The translations under genes were made by a program, and so were the position numbers. This document shows positions 51,241-64,000 of a stretch of 64,000 nucleotides of DNA, in pieces; positions within the stretch are counted from its first letter, which is position 1; each line of letters opens with the position of its first letter. Origin of the DNA: Octopus vulgaris (taxonomy: Eukaryota). The DNA is taken from positions 76,198,001 through 76,262,000 of the forward strand of contig OX597823.1 of the NCBI GenBank assembly GCA_951406725.2. Reading direction: 5' to 3'. The notes beneath the pieces are model-generated. The model was not told where the DNA came from, searched no databases, and saw only the letters and a list, made by a program, of their open reading frames with translations.

Positions 51241-52784
51241 TAAACTCAAAGAGCAACTAGAAAGTGAAAGTAGTATCTAACTTAGGATGTCTAATAGATA
51301 GTGCTGGCAATGGTGTTGGAGGTGGTAGATGTGGTTATCATGGTAGTGGTGGTGTTGGTGGTGTAGTGGTGACAGTGGATGTGTATGATGGCAGCAATTA
51401 TAGTGTTGGTGATTTTGTAGAGGTGGTGGTGGTGGCGGCGGCAGTGGATGATAATGATAATGGTGATGATAGTAGTAGTAGCATTGATTATGTTAGGATA
51501 TCTCATGGATGGTAGTGTTGAAGACATTGCAGAGTGTAGTGGTGGTGAAATTGGTGATTTTGAATATGATACTGGTATTGATCTTGGGGTTGTGGTTGCA
51601 GAAGATGGTTGTGGTGGTGGCATTGGAGGTTGTAGTAATGGTTGTAGTGGTAGTTGTGAAGATGATTCTGATATTGATAGTCTTTGCATTGAGGTGGTGG
51701 CAGAGTCAGAGTAAATATTAAGAGCCCAGTTAACACAAGATTCTTAAATTTCGGAGATCATAAGATAGAGAGCAAGAAGTTAAAAGTTCCAATACTGGCC
51801 CAATACCTACACCCCAGATTCTTCAACTATTTTATAAGAAAGGGGTTAATGGCAGGATAGGGATTCAGCTTTAAAATAAATTGTATTACAAAAAATACAT
51901 AAATAAATTACTGCTCCAATGATGTAATTTTAGTATGTGTGTGTGTGTAAGCAATGCAAACAATGGAAAATAATTTAAACACTCATTTTCTGATGTCTAA
52001 GGATGGATATTTATGCGTATGAATCTTTTTCTTTTTATTTTCTTTCAAATATAATTCTAGGGAACTGAAAAAGCTGTGTACGGTGCCAAGCGAATTTAGT
52101 TATTTACGATGAGCGGATGTTTACGTTACAAACGAATCTCTAGGTCTGTTTACATGTTTACGTTAACTACGTCACAAAATAGCTGTTTACGTCACAGTAA
52201 CAATATTTTGAGAGGTAGTAAATAATATGAGGTCGAAAGAAAGAATACCATTGGTTAAAATTCGAATTATTAAACAACGTTAAACTTAGAAATTACAATT
52301 CCGTTTTCATTTTGGTTTACAATTGTTTTCTTTTCACACATTCTACCAGTATACGAAGTTTCAAATTGTTTAGTTAACTAGGAAAATCTGGCCTTCAAAC
52401 TGAAAAGATCCGGCCATTTTAATGCCGTTAAAGAAACCTGTATACATGAGCTAAAGAAAATTTTCCATGTGATACGCTAGATCTACTAAAAATAATTGTT
52501 TCCAGCATAGGCACAGAAAAAAAGGGGCAAGCAGGCAATATCGTCTTCACGCTGGGCAAAATGTTTAAAATTCCGCCAAGGTCGATTTCACCGTTCATCT
52601 TTCAGGGGTCGATAGCATAAGTAGCTGTTGAACACTGGGATCGCTGTAATTGATTTCCTCCACTCTCCCGAAATTGCTGGCCTTGTACCAAAATGTGAAA
52701 TCAATATAGTCACAAGCTGAGGTAAAGCGCTAGTCGAGTACATCGACCCCAATATTTCAATGCTATTATATTTTATCCAAAGCG

Positions 52785-52995
52785 CAGACCTGGCAGAAAC
52801 GTTAGTACGCCGGGCGAAACGCTTACCTGTATTTCATCTGCTTTACGTTCTGAGTTCAAATTCCGTCGAGGTCGAATTTGCCTTTCATCCTTCCGGGGTC
52901 GATAAATTAAATACCAGTTGCGTACTGGGTTCGATCTAATCGACTATCTCACTCCCTCAAAATTCCGCGCCCTATGCCTAGAGTAAAAAAGATTA
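52785..52995 (+). mobile_element. SINE family B (alternative tail)
   Basis: Head, B-box and core present; a more diverged piece lies at 52565-52705. Confidence 0.75.
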
Positions 52996-53975
52996 TATTT
53001 TATCCACCTCGAATCGATGAAAGATACTGTCGACCTCAGTGGGCTGTGAAATAGGAACGTCCAATCTGCTAAGACTAAAAATAACTACAGAAATAACTAA
53101 ACTATATTACACATCCCTCCACCTCTTTTATCAAAAAGCTATTGTTTTTCCAGAATAGTCTTCTTATTTGTTGAAGCACAGGAATCTTATAAAGGAAGAA
53201 AAATAAATAGGATTAAATTGCAAGCAGATGAAAACATAATTAAAACCACAGGACTTACAAATATATGTATAACATACAGAAGTAACAATACGAGACACTG
53301 CACGAAGATAACGTAAAGTCAATAACTAAATACATTATGTAGAGTACTGTTAATTGAAACCAAAATAAAATATTCCACATACACAAGTCCCACAGACCTA
53401 CTGAATAATGTTGTCATGGATATACAAAACTACGAGGTGGTCATGTCTTGAATTATTTTGATCATATGTCTGATGATTCGGAATGAACCAAGTGTTGTAT
53501 GATTTCAACAAAGGTTATTAATAAATAGAATTGCACAATGAATATCAATGATATTTATTATTATTACTACAAATACTGTGATAAAATTTTCGAATAAGAT
53601 TAATTAATAATGGAATCAATTATACGAATTTTAATTCCCATCACGAAAATAATAATGAAATGCAATTATTAGTTATCTCAGATTGTGAATAGGACAATAC
53701 ATGTTATCTAATACAACGCAAAAATACTCTTGCATCTATATATATATTTCAGTTGTTTGTTACTGATAAAATTCTATTAAAAGCGATTGAGATAATATAA
53801 TGTCCAAGAAGATAAATCAAGAAAGTTTCTTTCATTTTGAATACATCAAACAAATCTACTCTTTTTTAATTCTCTAAGACTTATGTAAAATACACAGACA
53901 ATAAGAAGGCCTATCCATTGTTGGTGAACATGATGCTACAGAGGTCCATACATGCATACATAAATGCGTACATCG

Positions 53976-54180
53976 ATAAGGTGTCCATAAATTATCTTTA
54001 CAATTTCCATTGTATCATTGGTTGCACGCAACCGATAGAGCCCACCTGGAAGTGTTCTGATTTTTCTAATAAAACTTTATCTGCTTGCCTTATGCTTTCC
54101 AATAAACTCAACCGAGTTATTCGCATTTTCCATGTTTATAAATTTTTAAAATTCTAGAGATAATTTATGGACACTTTGTA
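53976..54180. mobile_element. Tc1/mariner-type MITE
   Basis: TIRs GTGTCCATAAATTATCT / AGATAATTTATGGACAC. Confidence 0.7.
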
Positions 54181-54420
54181 TAATCGAATGTGAGTCTTTA
54201 ATTATACGTAATACTATGACCAAATCTGTTGCATAGAATCGAGACTAATTTGCATATTCTTTATTTTTAATAGTAACGAGTCTAATCAACAAAACCTTGT
54301 CATAGATTCGTTCGATATTGGGACATTTTTTGCATTGTTTATTCATGCACAGACAGACCATAATTCAAAAGTCATTTCTCATATTGTGCTGAAAGAGTTT
54401 AATGTTGTTTGGTTTTTGTA

Positions 54421-54656
54421 GGGCGGCGAGCTGGCAGAATCGTTAGCACGCCGGGCGAAATGCTTTGCAGTATTTCGTCTGCCGCTACGTTCTGGGTTCA
54501 AATTCCGCCGAGGTCGACTTGGCCTTTCATCCATTCGGGGTCGATAAATTAAGTACCAGTTGCGGACTGGGGTCATTGTAATCGACTTAATCCGTTTGTC
54601 TGTCCTTGTTTGTCCTCTGTGTGTTTAGCCCCTTGTGGGTAGTAAAGAAATAGGTA
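54421..54656 (+). mobile_element. SINE family B with TSD
   Basis: Full-length; TTTGGTTTTTG at 54408-54418 and 54657-54667. Confidence 0.85.
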
Positions 54657-54869
54657 TTTGGTTTTTGATACACCCTCGGTCTACTAAAAATGTATCACCG
54701 TATGTTGCTCTTCTTTACAGTAAAAATAAAGAGATGTCATCATTGTTAGCGCAATAACAACTATTACTTTGTTGACCTTTCTGGTTCTAAACCTGCAGCG
54801 TCGTGACAAGGAGGACATTGTGTCTACTAGTTCATGCGCAGCTAATTTTCCCACTAAAGTGTATGAAAT

Positions 54870-55205
54870 TTACAGTTCTATATTTAAGAGATGAGGAATT
54901 ATGTACATTATTTACATTCGACAGATATTTGTCCTCATCTTGTTTGTTGCTAACACAACGTTTCGGCCTTCTCCAGGTATCTTGGGGGAAATTTCGAACC
55001 TGGGTTCTCATTCCTAAAGTATTTTTAGATGTTATTATTATTATTATTGTTCATGTCACTGCTTGAAATCGAACTCGGTATCTTGTGGTTAGTAGTCCGC
55101 GCTCTTAACCACTACGCCATATGCCCACGGTCATGTGGCGTTGAGTTAACAACAAACAAGATGAGGACAAATATCCGTCAAATGTAAATAATCTAAATAA
55201 TGTAA
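54870..55205 (-). mobile_element. tRNA-headed SINE-like element with Penelope-like tail and inverted tail copy
   Basis: A-box TGGCGTAGTGG, B-box GTTCGATTT; tail matches 50175-50337; inverted repeat 54908-54960 / 55139-55192. Confidence 0.7.
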
Positions 55206-55497
55206 ATAAAGTATGAAATTTGTAATAACGACACAGGTTCATTATATTTAGGACTACACAGCTTTCGCGCCTCCTTTTGCGATAATGAGACGTAATTTGA
55301 TGGAGATTTGTATTGTTTGATTTTTTGTGAATGAAACAACTGTGTAGATGCTACTTCGTAATCTAGTGTAGTATGCAAATGTCTTGTGTATACGTGTGTC
55401 GCCGTACTAATTAATACAGGCTAGTAAAAACATAAAGCCTCCTCAACGAAGAGTACTTTTTATTCTGACAGCCAGATCCATAAAAGCAGATTATTAT

Positions 55498-55635
55498 AAA
55501 AGCACCACAATCCTCAGACACATATGTGACATAAAGGCACCACAATACTCAGACACATATGTGACATAAAGGCACCACAATCCTCAGACACATATGTGAC
55601 ATAAAGGCCCCACAATACTCAGACACATATGTGAC
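55498..55635. repeat. 35-bp minisatellite x4
   Basis: GCACCACAAT(C/A)CTCAGACACATATGTGACATAAAG. Confidence 0.95.
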
Positions 55636-56384
55636 AAAATATTAAAAGAGCGAGCATTTGTGGTAGCATATAGATATGTCCCAATAATATTATTCGATTG
55701 TCTCAAGGCGGTGAGCTGGCAGAATAGTTACCACGCCAAGCAACAGAATAGTTACCACGCCAAGTTCTGAGTTCAAATTGCGCCGAGGACAACTTTAACG
55801 TTCATCATTTCGGGATACCAGTTGAGTACTGGCGTCGATGTAGTCGAGTATCTCCCTGCCCCGAAACTTACTGGATTTGTGCCAAAATCTGAAATTATTA
55901 TTCTACTGTGACGATGTGTTAGATTGTAACGATTTTAACAATTATGAAATTAATAATGATTTCCCAATTTGGCGCAAGACAAGCAGTTTCGGGAAAGCGA
56001 TGCACGACGATTGCATCAACATCTGTGTTTCATTGGTACTTATTTTTTCGACCCCGGAAAGACAAAAGGCAAAGTCGAGCTCAGTAAAATTTGAACCCAA
56101 ACCGTGAAGACGGTCGAAGTGCCGCTTAACATTTTGCCCGGCGTGCTAATGATTCTGCAAGTTCGCCGCCTTAAATAGAAAGAAAATGCGGCATTTATAC
56201 ATGGGCCTTATATATATATATTCTACAATAGTGCCCTGTTTACCTGTAGAGGTTAAATGAACAGCGTCTAAATACAGTGGCTAAATGAGAATGATCCAGT
56301 TTCATGACTAATAAACTAATAATAGTCGTAAAGCAACAGAGGGAGTGTTCACTTGAACTCGGTGTTCCAGCTTTTAGCACACTT

Positions 56385-56725
56385 GGATCTAGAATCCGGG
56401 ACCCCCTTCGGTCACGACACTGACCATGGGATTGCACCTAGAAAGTTAACCTCACAGGCACAAGTCCGGGCAAGGTTGTTTATGGAAGACCAGCAGTTGC
56501 CCATGCATACCGGCCTCCCCTCTCCACGCCACCAGTGTTATCCAAGGGAAAGGCAAGGGCCGATACAGCTTGGCACCCGTAACGTCGCAACTCATTTCTA
56601 CAGCTGAGTGAACTGGAGCAACATGAAATAAAGTGTCTTGCTCAAGAACACAACACGCAACCCGGTCCGGGATTCGAGCTCACAACCTCACAATCGTAAG
56701 CTCGACGCTCTAACCACTGAGCCAA
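56385..56725 (-). mobile_element. tRNA-derived SINE, family C head with a different tail
   Basis: Minus strand TGGCTCAGTGGTTAGAGCG...CTCGAATCCC; body shared with 11341-11604. Confidence 0.75.
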
Positions 56726-57124
56726 GAAACCCTTGTATAAATCTATAAAGGTAGATAAAAGTCGTTTTCAAATAAACATTGCGTCAGTCTGTTGGTTAAA
56801 TAGAATCATTCTTCTCTTCTGCTCACAGCTACATCGGTACCTAAAACAATTGCATAGAGAAAGTCAGTAAGGAGAAACAAATGGCAGATGTAGCAAGCAT
56901 AAGAAACTGAGGTGTGACAGCCACGGATAAACGAAAGAGAGAACTGTTCAAGTTCCTTCTCGAGCACCAGCTCAAATTATCTGGCAGCACTATTTAGGGA
57001 TCGCTGTACATACTCTAATCTGAGAAATAAAGGAAGAGTGAAACCTGCTCTTGCATCTTAGCTTAACCCGACTGGGGTTTGTTTCGCATTTCTGTGACCA
57101 AAATAAATCAAGAAAATACATCAA

Positions 57125-57700
57125 AGTTATTTTTGTCACTTGGAAAGTCAGAATAATGTTGGATATAACAAATTCGGGAAGGTTCGAATTCAGTAGTTCG
57201 ACAGGTAATAGGAAATCGATGCTGTTTGGTATAGAACACTGATGTCCTGTCAAAACACGACTGAAAAGACAGAAAAGTTACAAAAAAAGAATTACATCTT
57301 CTGCTGGTCACAAAGAGTAGGTGCTATACAGAGCTAGTATTGGCCTTGCTATCTCAAACACCGTATCAATAAATTGCTATCGTTTCCTGTTGCTATATCC
57401 GACAGGGCGATGAAGACAGGATTAGCTCTGACAGAAAATCGAAGTATAACTGATTTTAGTGTCCATACTCCTATAATGACAAACGAGCAGAATAAGGAGC
57501 ATTTCGTCGATTTACTACGTTATAACGTGAGTATTGTGGTAACAATTGACAAACCACTGGACCTCGGAGATTTCAATGCAAGAATGCAAATAAATTGTCA
57601 AACGTTGGATCGAACTTCATGTCATTTCAGAAAAGGTAATTATCAACTTCAACAGCAAAATTCTAAGCTGAAATATGCGCCAAGTATAACACTTTCTTCC
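57125..57700 (+). pseudogene. Decayed APE endonuclease of an RTE-clade LINE
   Basis: TWKVRIMLD (cf. TWNVRTLLD), ISDRAM, SVHTP, LGDFNAR. Confidence 0.7.
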
Positions 57701-58257
57701 TGCCTCTTGAAAAGTAATTTTCTCTCTGATAGTCTCCTCGCTCCAAATAACGGCATCGGTTGGAAAATGCATTGCACCTGCAAGAAAACATTGCAAATGT
57801 AAGATGTACACGTGGCATAAGAAATGATTGTCTCACCTATCAAGAACTCATAAATGACAAAAGTGTTTAAAATAATCACGACTTTCCTTTTTCTCTAATA
57901 AAAGCACTGCTCCTGCGATTGCGAAAATTACTCGAGACAATTCTTGAAAGAGTGAGCGTATTTTGTTGATCAAAGGACAACAATGATACAATTTTGCGAC
58001 CAAATAAAGAAATTATGGAATCTCGAATCCAAACTTTATTATTAGATTCGTCTATTTTTCAAGAACATTCGAGAGTGTAAGAAGAAAGGGCGATCCATCA
58101 CAACATCTGAATCTATCTCGTTAGAAATAGTACTGGTCAAATATCAAAATTCTTCACTAAACTGAGGGGGGAATTTACAGTTATGTTGGGTAAGGTGTTC
58201 GTGTGCCGGTTCCTCAAGTTTAATTTGATACGAATCTTTAATCTTTTTATATTTCTT

Positions 58258-58486
58258 ATTTGTTTATTGCCCACAAGGGGCTAAACATAGAGGGGGCAAA
58301 CAAGGACAGACAAAGGAATTAAGTCTATTGTATCTACCCCAGTGCGTAACTGGTACTTAATTTATCGACCCCGAAAGGATGAAAGGCAAAGTCGACCTCG
58401 GCGGAATTGAACTAAGAACGTAACGGCAGACGAAATACTGCTAAGCATTTCGCCTGGCGTGCTAACGTTTCTGCCAGCTCGCCGCC
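58258..58486 (-). mobile_element. SINE family B
   Basis: Full-length reverse complement of 54421-54656. Confidence 0.85.
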
Positions 58487-59429
58487 TTTTTGCATTTCTT
58501 AATAAACCGACAGCTGTCGCAGCACGTTGCAACTCATACGTAATGTTTTGGATATTTTGTAGAAATTGAGCCACTCCAGCTAAGTGATGGGTGATCGCTA
58601 ATACACTGATACACAGAACATGATGCTTTGTAATTCACTTTAGCCTAGACAGTTTCAACAAGTTACCACTCACATTTGTTGTTTTTCAAAATATTGGCCC
58701 CTCTCTCATCACTAATCCCGATATTCCATCCAAGACAGGGTCACCTTATGCAAGCTGTCCACATTAATTACTGTTGTCTATTCCAGTAGTTCAGTAGTCA
58801 AACCATACGCATCTGTGTCAAACATCACACACCACCAGTTACTCAGAGATATTAACATCCTACATGCATCGAGAAATCTGACGGAAATCATTGATAAAAA
58901 TGTTAAAATGTCAGTTTTGCAATAATTTGGTTTTAGTACATGGCTTAATAACCAGAGTGTTGAGCTCATGATTATAAGGTTGTGGTTTCGATAATTAGAC
59001 CAGGTGATGCCTTGTATTGTGGAGCAAAACACTTTCATTTCATGTTGCTCCAGTCCACTTATCTGCTAAGAATGATTAATCCTGCAACAGACAGGCGTCT
59101 TGGCCAGGGAGGTATATACACATCAGAGAAACCAGGAAACTAACCCTGTGCTCCTTACAGAGTAATGTGGACTAACCATAACCATCACAGTGTTTTGCTT
59201 TTAGTAAATGTCTTCCACCATAATCTTAAGCTGAGTCACACGTGAGTGTGAAGTCTCAAAGGTGGAAATCCTGCAGATGTTCATAAGCTAGACCGCACCA
59301 AGGACAAGTCTTAATCAGTTTAACTCAACAAACTGCTGGTTATCTTTAACAGAAATATCTTGTTGGAAGCATACAGGTCTAGTATATGGCATGCAGACAA
59401 CACATGATTTATTGTTACTCTTATGCAGA

Positions 59430-59680
59430 TGTGTGGCCCAGTGGTTAGGGTATCTGGCTTACGATCGTAAAATCGTGAATTCGATTATTGTGTCTGTTGT
59501 GTCCTTGAGCAAGACAGTTTGCTCACGTTCCTCCAGTCCACGCAGCTGAAGCTCCATGTACACTACGTGAAGGATACACGTGTCTCTGCAGTGCTCAGCC
59601 ACTTGTACGTTAATTTCACGAGCAGGTTATGTTGATTGGATCAAGTGGAACTAACATCGTCGTACCGAACGGAGTACCAG

Positions 59681-59682
<2 letters not shown>
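59430..59682 (+). mobile_element. SINE family C
   Basis: TGGCCCAGTGGTTAGGG head, GTGTCCTTGAGCAAGAC body, shared tail. Confidence 0.7.
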
Positions 59683-59742
<60 letters not shown>

Positions 59743-60023
59743 TTAAATAATAGGGGTGATAAATTGAATATTAAGTTGATTAATATCAATTTAAAAACAG
59801 TGGCCTAGCGTATAGAAAACTCTGAAGATTCAGAAAAATTATATTACATACATATTAGAGGGATGGCCAATAAGTGGACATCCATTATGCTAGAGGTAAA
59901 TCCCATATGGTCTGACCACCAAGAAAAGATTGTTCTCAAGAAAATTCAGCGAACGCCGGAACGTAAGCGAGCAAGACAAATGAAATGATACAAAATTTTG
60001 TATCTTTTCATTTGTCTTGTATG

Positions 60024-60060
<37 letters not shown>

Positions 60061-60069
60061 TTGTGTGTT

Positions 60070-60127
<58 letters not shown>

Positions 60128-60131
60128 GGGG

Positions 60132-60430
60132 GGCTTGTGGTTTACTAGTTAGGGTATATATGGCTTCCGATAGTCATGTCATAAGTTCAAATCCCGGCGA
60201 CACGTTGTGTCCTTGAGCAAGACACTTTATTTCACGTTGCTTCAGTTCCACTCAACTGGCAAAAATGAGTAATCAACTGTATTTCAAAGGCCAGCCTTGT
60301 CACACTGTGTGTTATACTGAAATCTCCTCGAGAACTATGTTAAGGGTACTATGTTAAGGGTACTATGTTAAGGGAACTATCTGTGGAGTGCTCAGCCATT
60401 TGCACGTTAATTTCACGAGCAGGCAGTTCC
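60132..60430 (+). mobile_element. SINE family C
   Basis: B-box GTTCAAATCCC, GTGTCCTTGAGCAAGACAC body, triplicated ACTATGTTAAGGG. Confidence 0.7.
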
Positions 60431-60805
60431 ATGGTAAACGAAGAAGTGCCAGTGTTTTTCTTTAATTTTTCTTTCCTTTCTGTCATTGATTTGTAAAAAA
60501 AATCTTCCTGCCTAATTCTTTTGATAGCAGTGTAACTAACACAGTAAACGATTTTGAAAAATTGGGGTGGGGAGTGAATTTATTTTCTGTAAAGTAGTAC
60601 GTACATATCCTGCTTTATAAACGTTTCTGATTACGTGAAATTATTAGTTACATCCTGAAATGGGAAATATTTAGATCTTCCTTTGTTTCTTTGAAATTAT
60701 TAACAGCTAAAACAGGCTTAAAAGGAAAAAAATTTCTCTGTCTAGTACCCACAGACTTCACTTATATTTTAACCAAGTATATATCAATATATGTGTGTGT
60801 GCATA

Positions 60806-60888
<83 letters not shown>

Positions 60889-61093
60889 CATTTAGAAATA
60901 TTTACAAACACACATGATGTGTATAATATATACATATGCATACATATATGTACCTATGTATATATAATTATATATGTGTGTGTGTGTATCTGCATTGATA
61001 CATATATGATCACACAATATTCATAGCGTTTTTATATGCTCTGCTCGTATGCTTAATATATACACATATCCATATGTGTATGTGTTTGTACCA

Positions 61094-61144
<51 letters not shown>

Positions 61145-61669
61145 TTTTAATACTGCAAATATATTACAAATTAAATCAGTATTTTTCCTCCCCAAATCAC
61201 TTATATATGCTTTGATAATGGTAAATTAATTGACGATTGAAGTTTTCCTTTATAACCTAATGGGTTACATTAATATATCACTATTTGTATTTATTTCTTT
61301 GTTTCAAAATTAAACAAAAGCTACGCTATGATGAGTAAATGTGAGAATTTAATCTAATTGGAAGCTTAAATTTATGTCTTCGTTATGATTTCTGTAAAGC
61401 AATTTGAATGTACAGAGGTGTTGTTTCGTTATTTACACTACTTTATATACACTTCTTGATTTTCTAATTTAAATATACAAACTGCATACATATATATACA
61501 TATATGTGTGTGTGTGTGTTATCAGGGAATCATAAACCCGAAAAAGAAGCACACTCTACGTTATAGAATACATAAAGATAGATATGGCCCCTCTATGGGG
61601 AATACCCTGGGTTTCACATCCATAAAGCGCTTAGACCGTATCCATCTTAGGCCATATCTATCTATCTAA

Positions 61670-61735
<66 letters not shown>

Positions 61736-61750
61736 CTCTCTCTCTCTATA

Positions 61751-61809
<59 letters not shown>

Positions 61810-62468
61810 GGAATTTACAAAAACAAAAGACAAAGACAGGTGGTGTAGAAAACAAACAGATGTATAAGTTTAACGCTCGGGAAGTGAGAAAGTCTTTTCC
61901 GTTTCGAGCCTACGCTCTTCAACAGAAAAGGAACACAGAAATAAGAGAGAGAAAACAAATATATATATATATAATTGGAGTCAACAAGAAGGGGTACGGT
62001 TAGACATTTATTTTTTAATCAATGTAGTCCTCCACACAGCGTAGTTCTCCAAGCGTGCAAATACTTGATTATGTAACTGTTTCCCTGCATTATGAGATCT
62101 AATTATACTTTCTACAGATAAAGAGGATCTTCTTGAAGCCAAGGATTTTGAATTTACGGAGACAATATTTACATATCGCCTGAGGAAACACAACTAGATT
62201 TCATAATGAAAGGAAACAGTTGCTTAATCAAGTATCTACACGCCTGGAGAAATACAATGAGCGGAAACAATTTTAGTGATTAAAAAGCAAATGTCCAACC
62301 GAATTCCTTGTTGACTCCAATTTTTTTCATTTATATATTCCCACACGACAGATACCTAAAAGCAAGCCTGAAGGTCTGAAAGTATGTATTTACCCTGGAT
62401 AGAACAGGGTAAATTTGAAGATGGACGAGCTTTATACTGTACTCTACTACGTTCTTAACAGGATATAC

Positions 62469-62519
<51 letters not shown>

Positions 62520-62521
<2 letters not shown>

Positions 62522-62710
62522 GCTTAGCGGTATTTAGTCTGCTGTTACGTTCTGAGTTCAAATTCTGCCAAGGTCGACTTTACCTTTCATGCTTTCGGGG
62601 TCGGTAAATAAACACCATTTACGCACTGGGGTCGATGTAGTCGACTCAATCCCTTTGTCTGTCCTTGTTTTACCCCTCTATGTTTGTCCCCTTGTGGGCA
62701 ATAAAGAAAT
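62520..62710 (+). mobile_element. SINE family B, 5'-truncated
   Basis: Core and tail present. Confidence 0.8.
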
Positions 62711-62982
62711 ATATATATATATAAGTATAGTCATCACTAAAGTGACATAGGGTGCTATTCAACATCAGCATTGCTAGAAATAAGACCCAATACTACTCTT
62801 AGGCTGTATTCCTGCTGTACTATTTCACCACAACTTTCTCTCACTCTTTCTTCTGTTGGCCAGCTCGCTTAGCCAACAGGGTGGCATCATTTGAAGGCTA
62901 AAACAATGCGAAGCGCATTGTGACCAGTGATGTGTAGCAACATCTGATAGCCTGGTCGGTGATAGTGACGGTGATATGTATG

Positions 62983-63033
<51 letters not shown>

Positions 63034-63194
63034 GCACAAAGATATATGTGAGATATATAGATATAGAGAGAGATACATAAAGAGCGATATATTCCTACAT
63101 ACAGGTATACATTTTCTCTAGTTAAACATTACAAAGATATATGTGAGATATATATATAGAGAGATACATAAAGAGAGATATATTCCTACATACA

Positions 63195-63512
63195 TCATCA
63201 TCATCATCTCGTGGTCGAGACAATGGAATTTACTATGTTATGCCAGACTTCACGGTCCATCATAGCATTACGGAGGTCCTGTTGCTGGATGCCTGTATCC
63301 CTGGAGATTACATCAGGGTAGGAGAGTGTGCGCCCTCTGGTATTGCGAGTAGATGGCTTCCAGAGGAGAAGAGTAGAAATTACTTCTTTTTCAGCTCTAC
63401 AACAATGTCCAGCAAACTGGACTCTCCTACCTTTCACAAGAGATGACACAGGTGGTAGTCTCCCATATATTTGCATTTTGGTTGGATGGTGCTTCCACGA
63501 GAGATTTTGAGC
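63195..63512 (-). mobile_element. 5'-truncated RTE/RTE-X LINE 3' end
   Basis: IYGRLPPVS..VKGRRVQFAGHC.R...LLLWKP...RGR...AMMDREVW, then (GAT)n tail; flanked by CCTAC(A/G)TACA. Confidence 0.8.
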
Positions 63513-64000
63513 TCACCTACGTACATATATACATTTTCTCTAGTTAAACTTTAATTAATCATACTGCCTGTTGACACAGTGCTTTGTTCTGGGCAGTGAG
63601 TTGGTTGTTGTCAGACCGAATGCCTTGCATTATTCATTCCTGCTCTCTGCTCTCTACAGTATTTAAAATGTCCTTATTTATGACAGGGATCTGTGATCTG
63701 AGAGGAATTTGGATGCAATTTCTCAAGTGACCACAACAAATGTTGACATTTATTTTTTTGTTATTGTTATCATTGTTAAAATTGTTATTGCCACCGCCGT
63801 AAATGTAAGAGCACTGACATGGCTAAATGGTTAAAATCATCACACTTCATGGTCATGTCATTCGTGTTTGATCCTACTAAGTTTTCTTTGTAAGATCGAG
63901 TAAATGGGAATCTTTATGGAAACCTGTCAGATGGATTTTAGATGTAATTCAAAGAGCCAGCCTTGTTATTTACTCTGTCACACACTGATACTATCTGAGA

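Larger units (their letters stand above)
34582..52411. mobile_element. Giant non-autonomous composite TIR transposon, copy E2
   Basis: Same TIRs as E1; perfect 8-bp TSD GGCCATTT at 34574-34581 and 52412-52419; four colinear internal blocks shared with E1. Confidence 0.9.

Noticed and set aside
20051-52411. Simple tandem segmental duplication or haplotype mis-assembly
   Set aside because: Similarity stops exactly at the TIR tips, and each copy has its own distinct perfect TSD
55055-55126. Functional tRNA gene (also other SINE heads)
   Set aside because: No acceptor-stem pairing; embedded in repeat bodies

Overview
AT-rich, microsatellite-saturated animal DNA. The SINE families and dense (TA)n/(CA)n/(TACA)n tracts look like octopus/cephalopod DNA (inference). 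I found no host protein-coding gene; most ORF-track entries are translated microsatellites or SINEs. The main structure is two related giant TIR transposons lying 920 bp apart: 20051-33661 (13.6 kb, TSD TAAGTGTG) and 34582-52411 (17.8 kb, TSD GGCCATTT). Both have ~270-300 bp TIRs starting GGATCTTTTC and no recognisable transposase. They appear to be composites built from two inverted MITE units, and they carry Helitrons, SINEs, a 70-bp hairpin minisatellite, Penelope remnants, mariners and a near-intact Tx1-clade LINE. The 3' end of that LINE matches the tail of an abundant local SINE, and it sits head-to-tail with related sequence on both sides. Several hammerhead-ribozyme-like cores occur in short Penelope-type elements, one inside a perfect 164-bp palindrome. 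The rest is decayed Tigger, mariner, R4, RTE and PIN-domain element debris.
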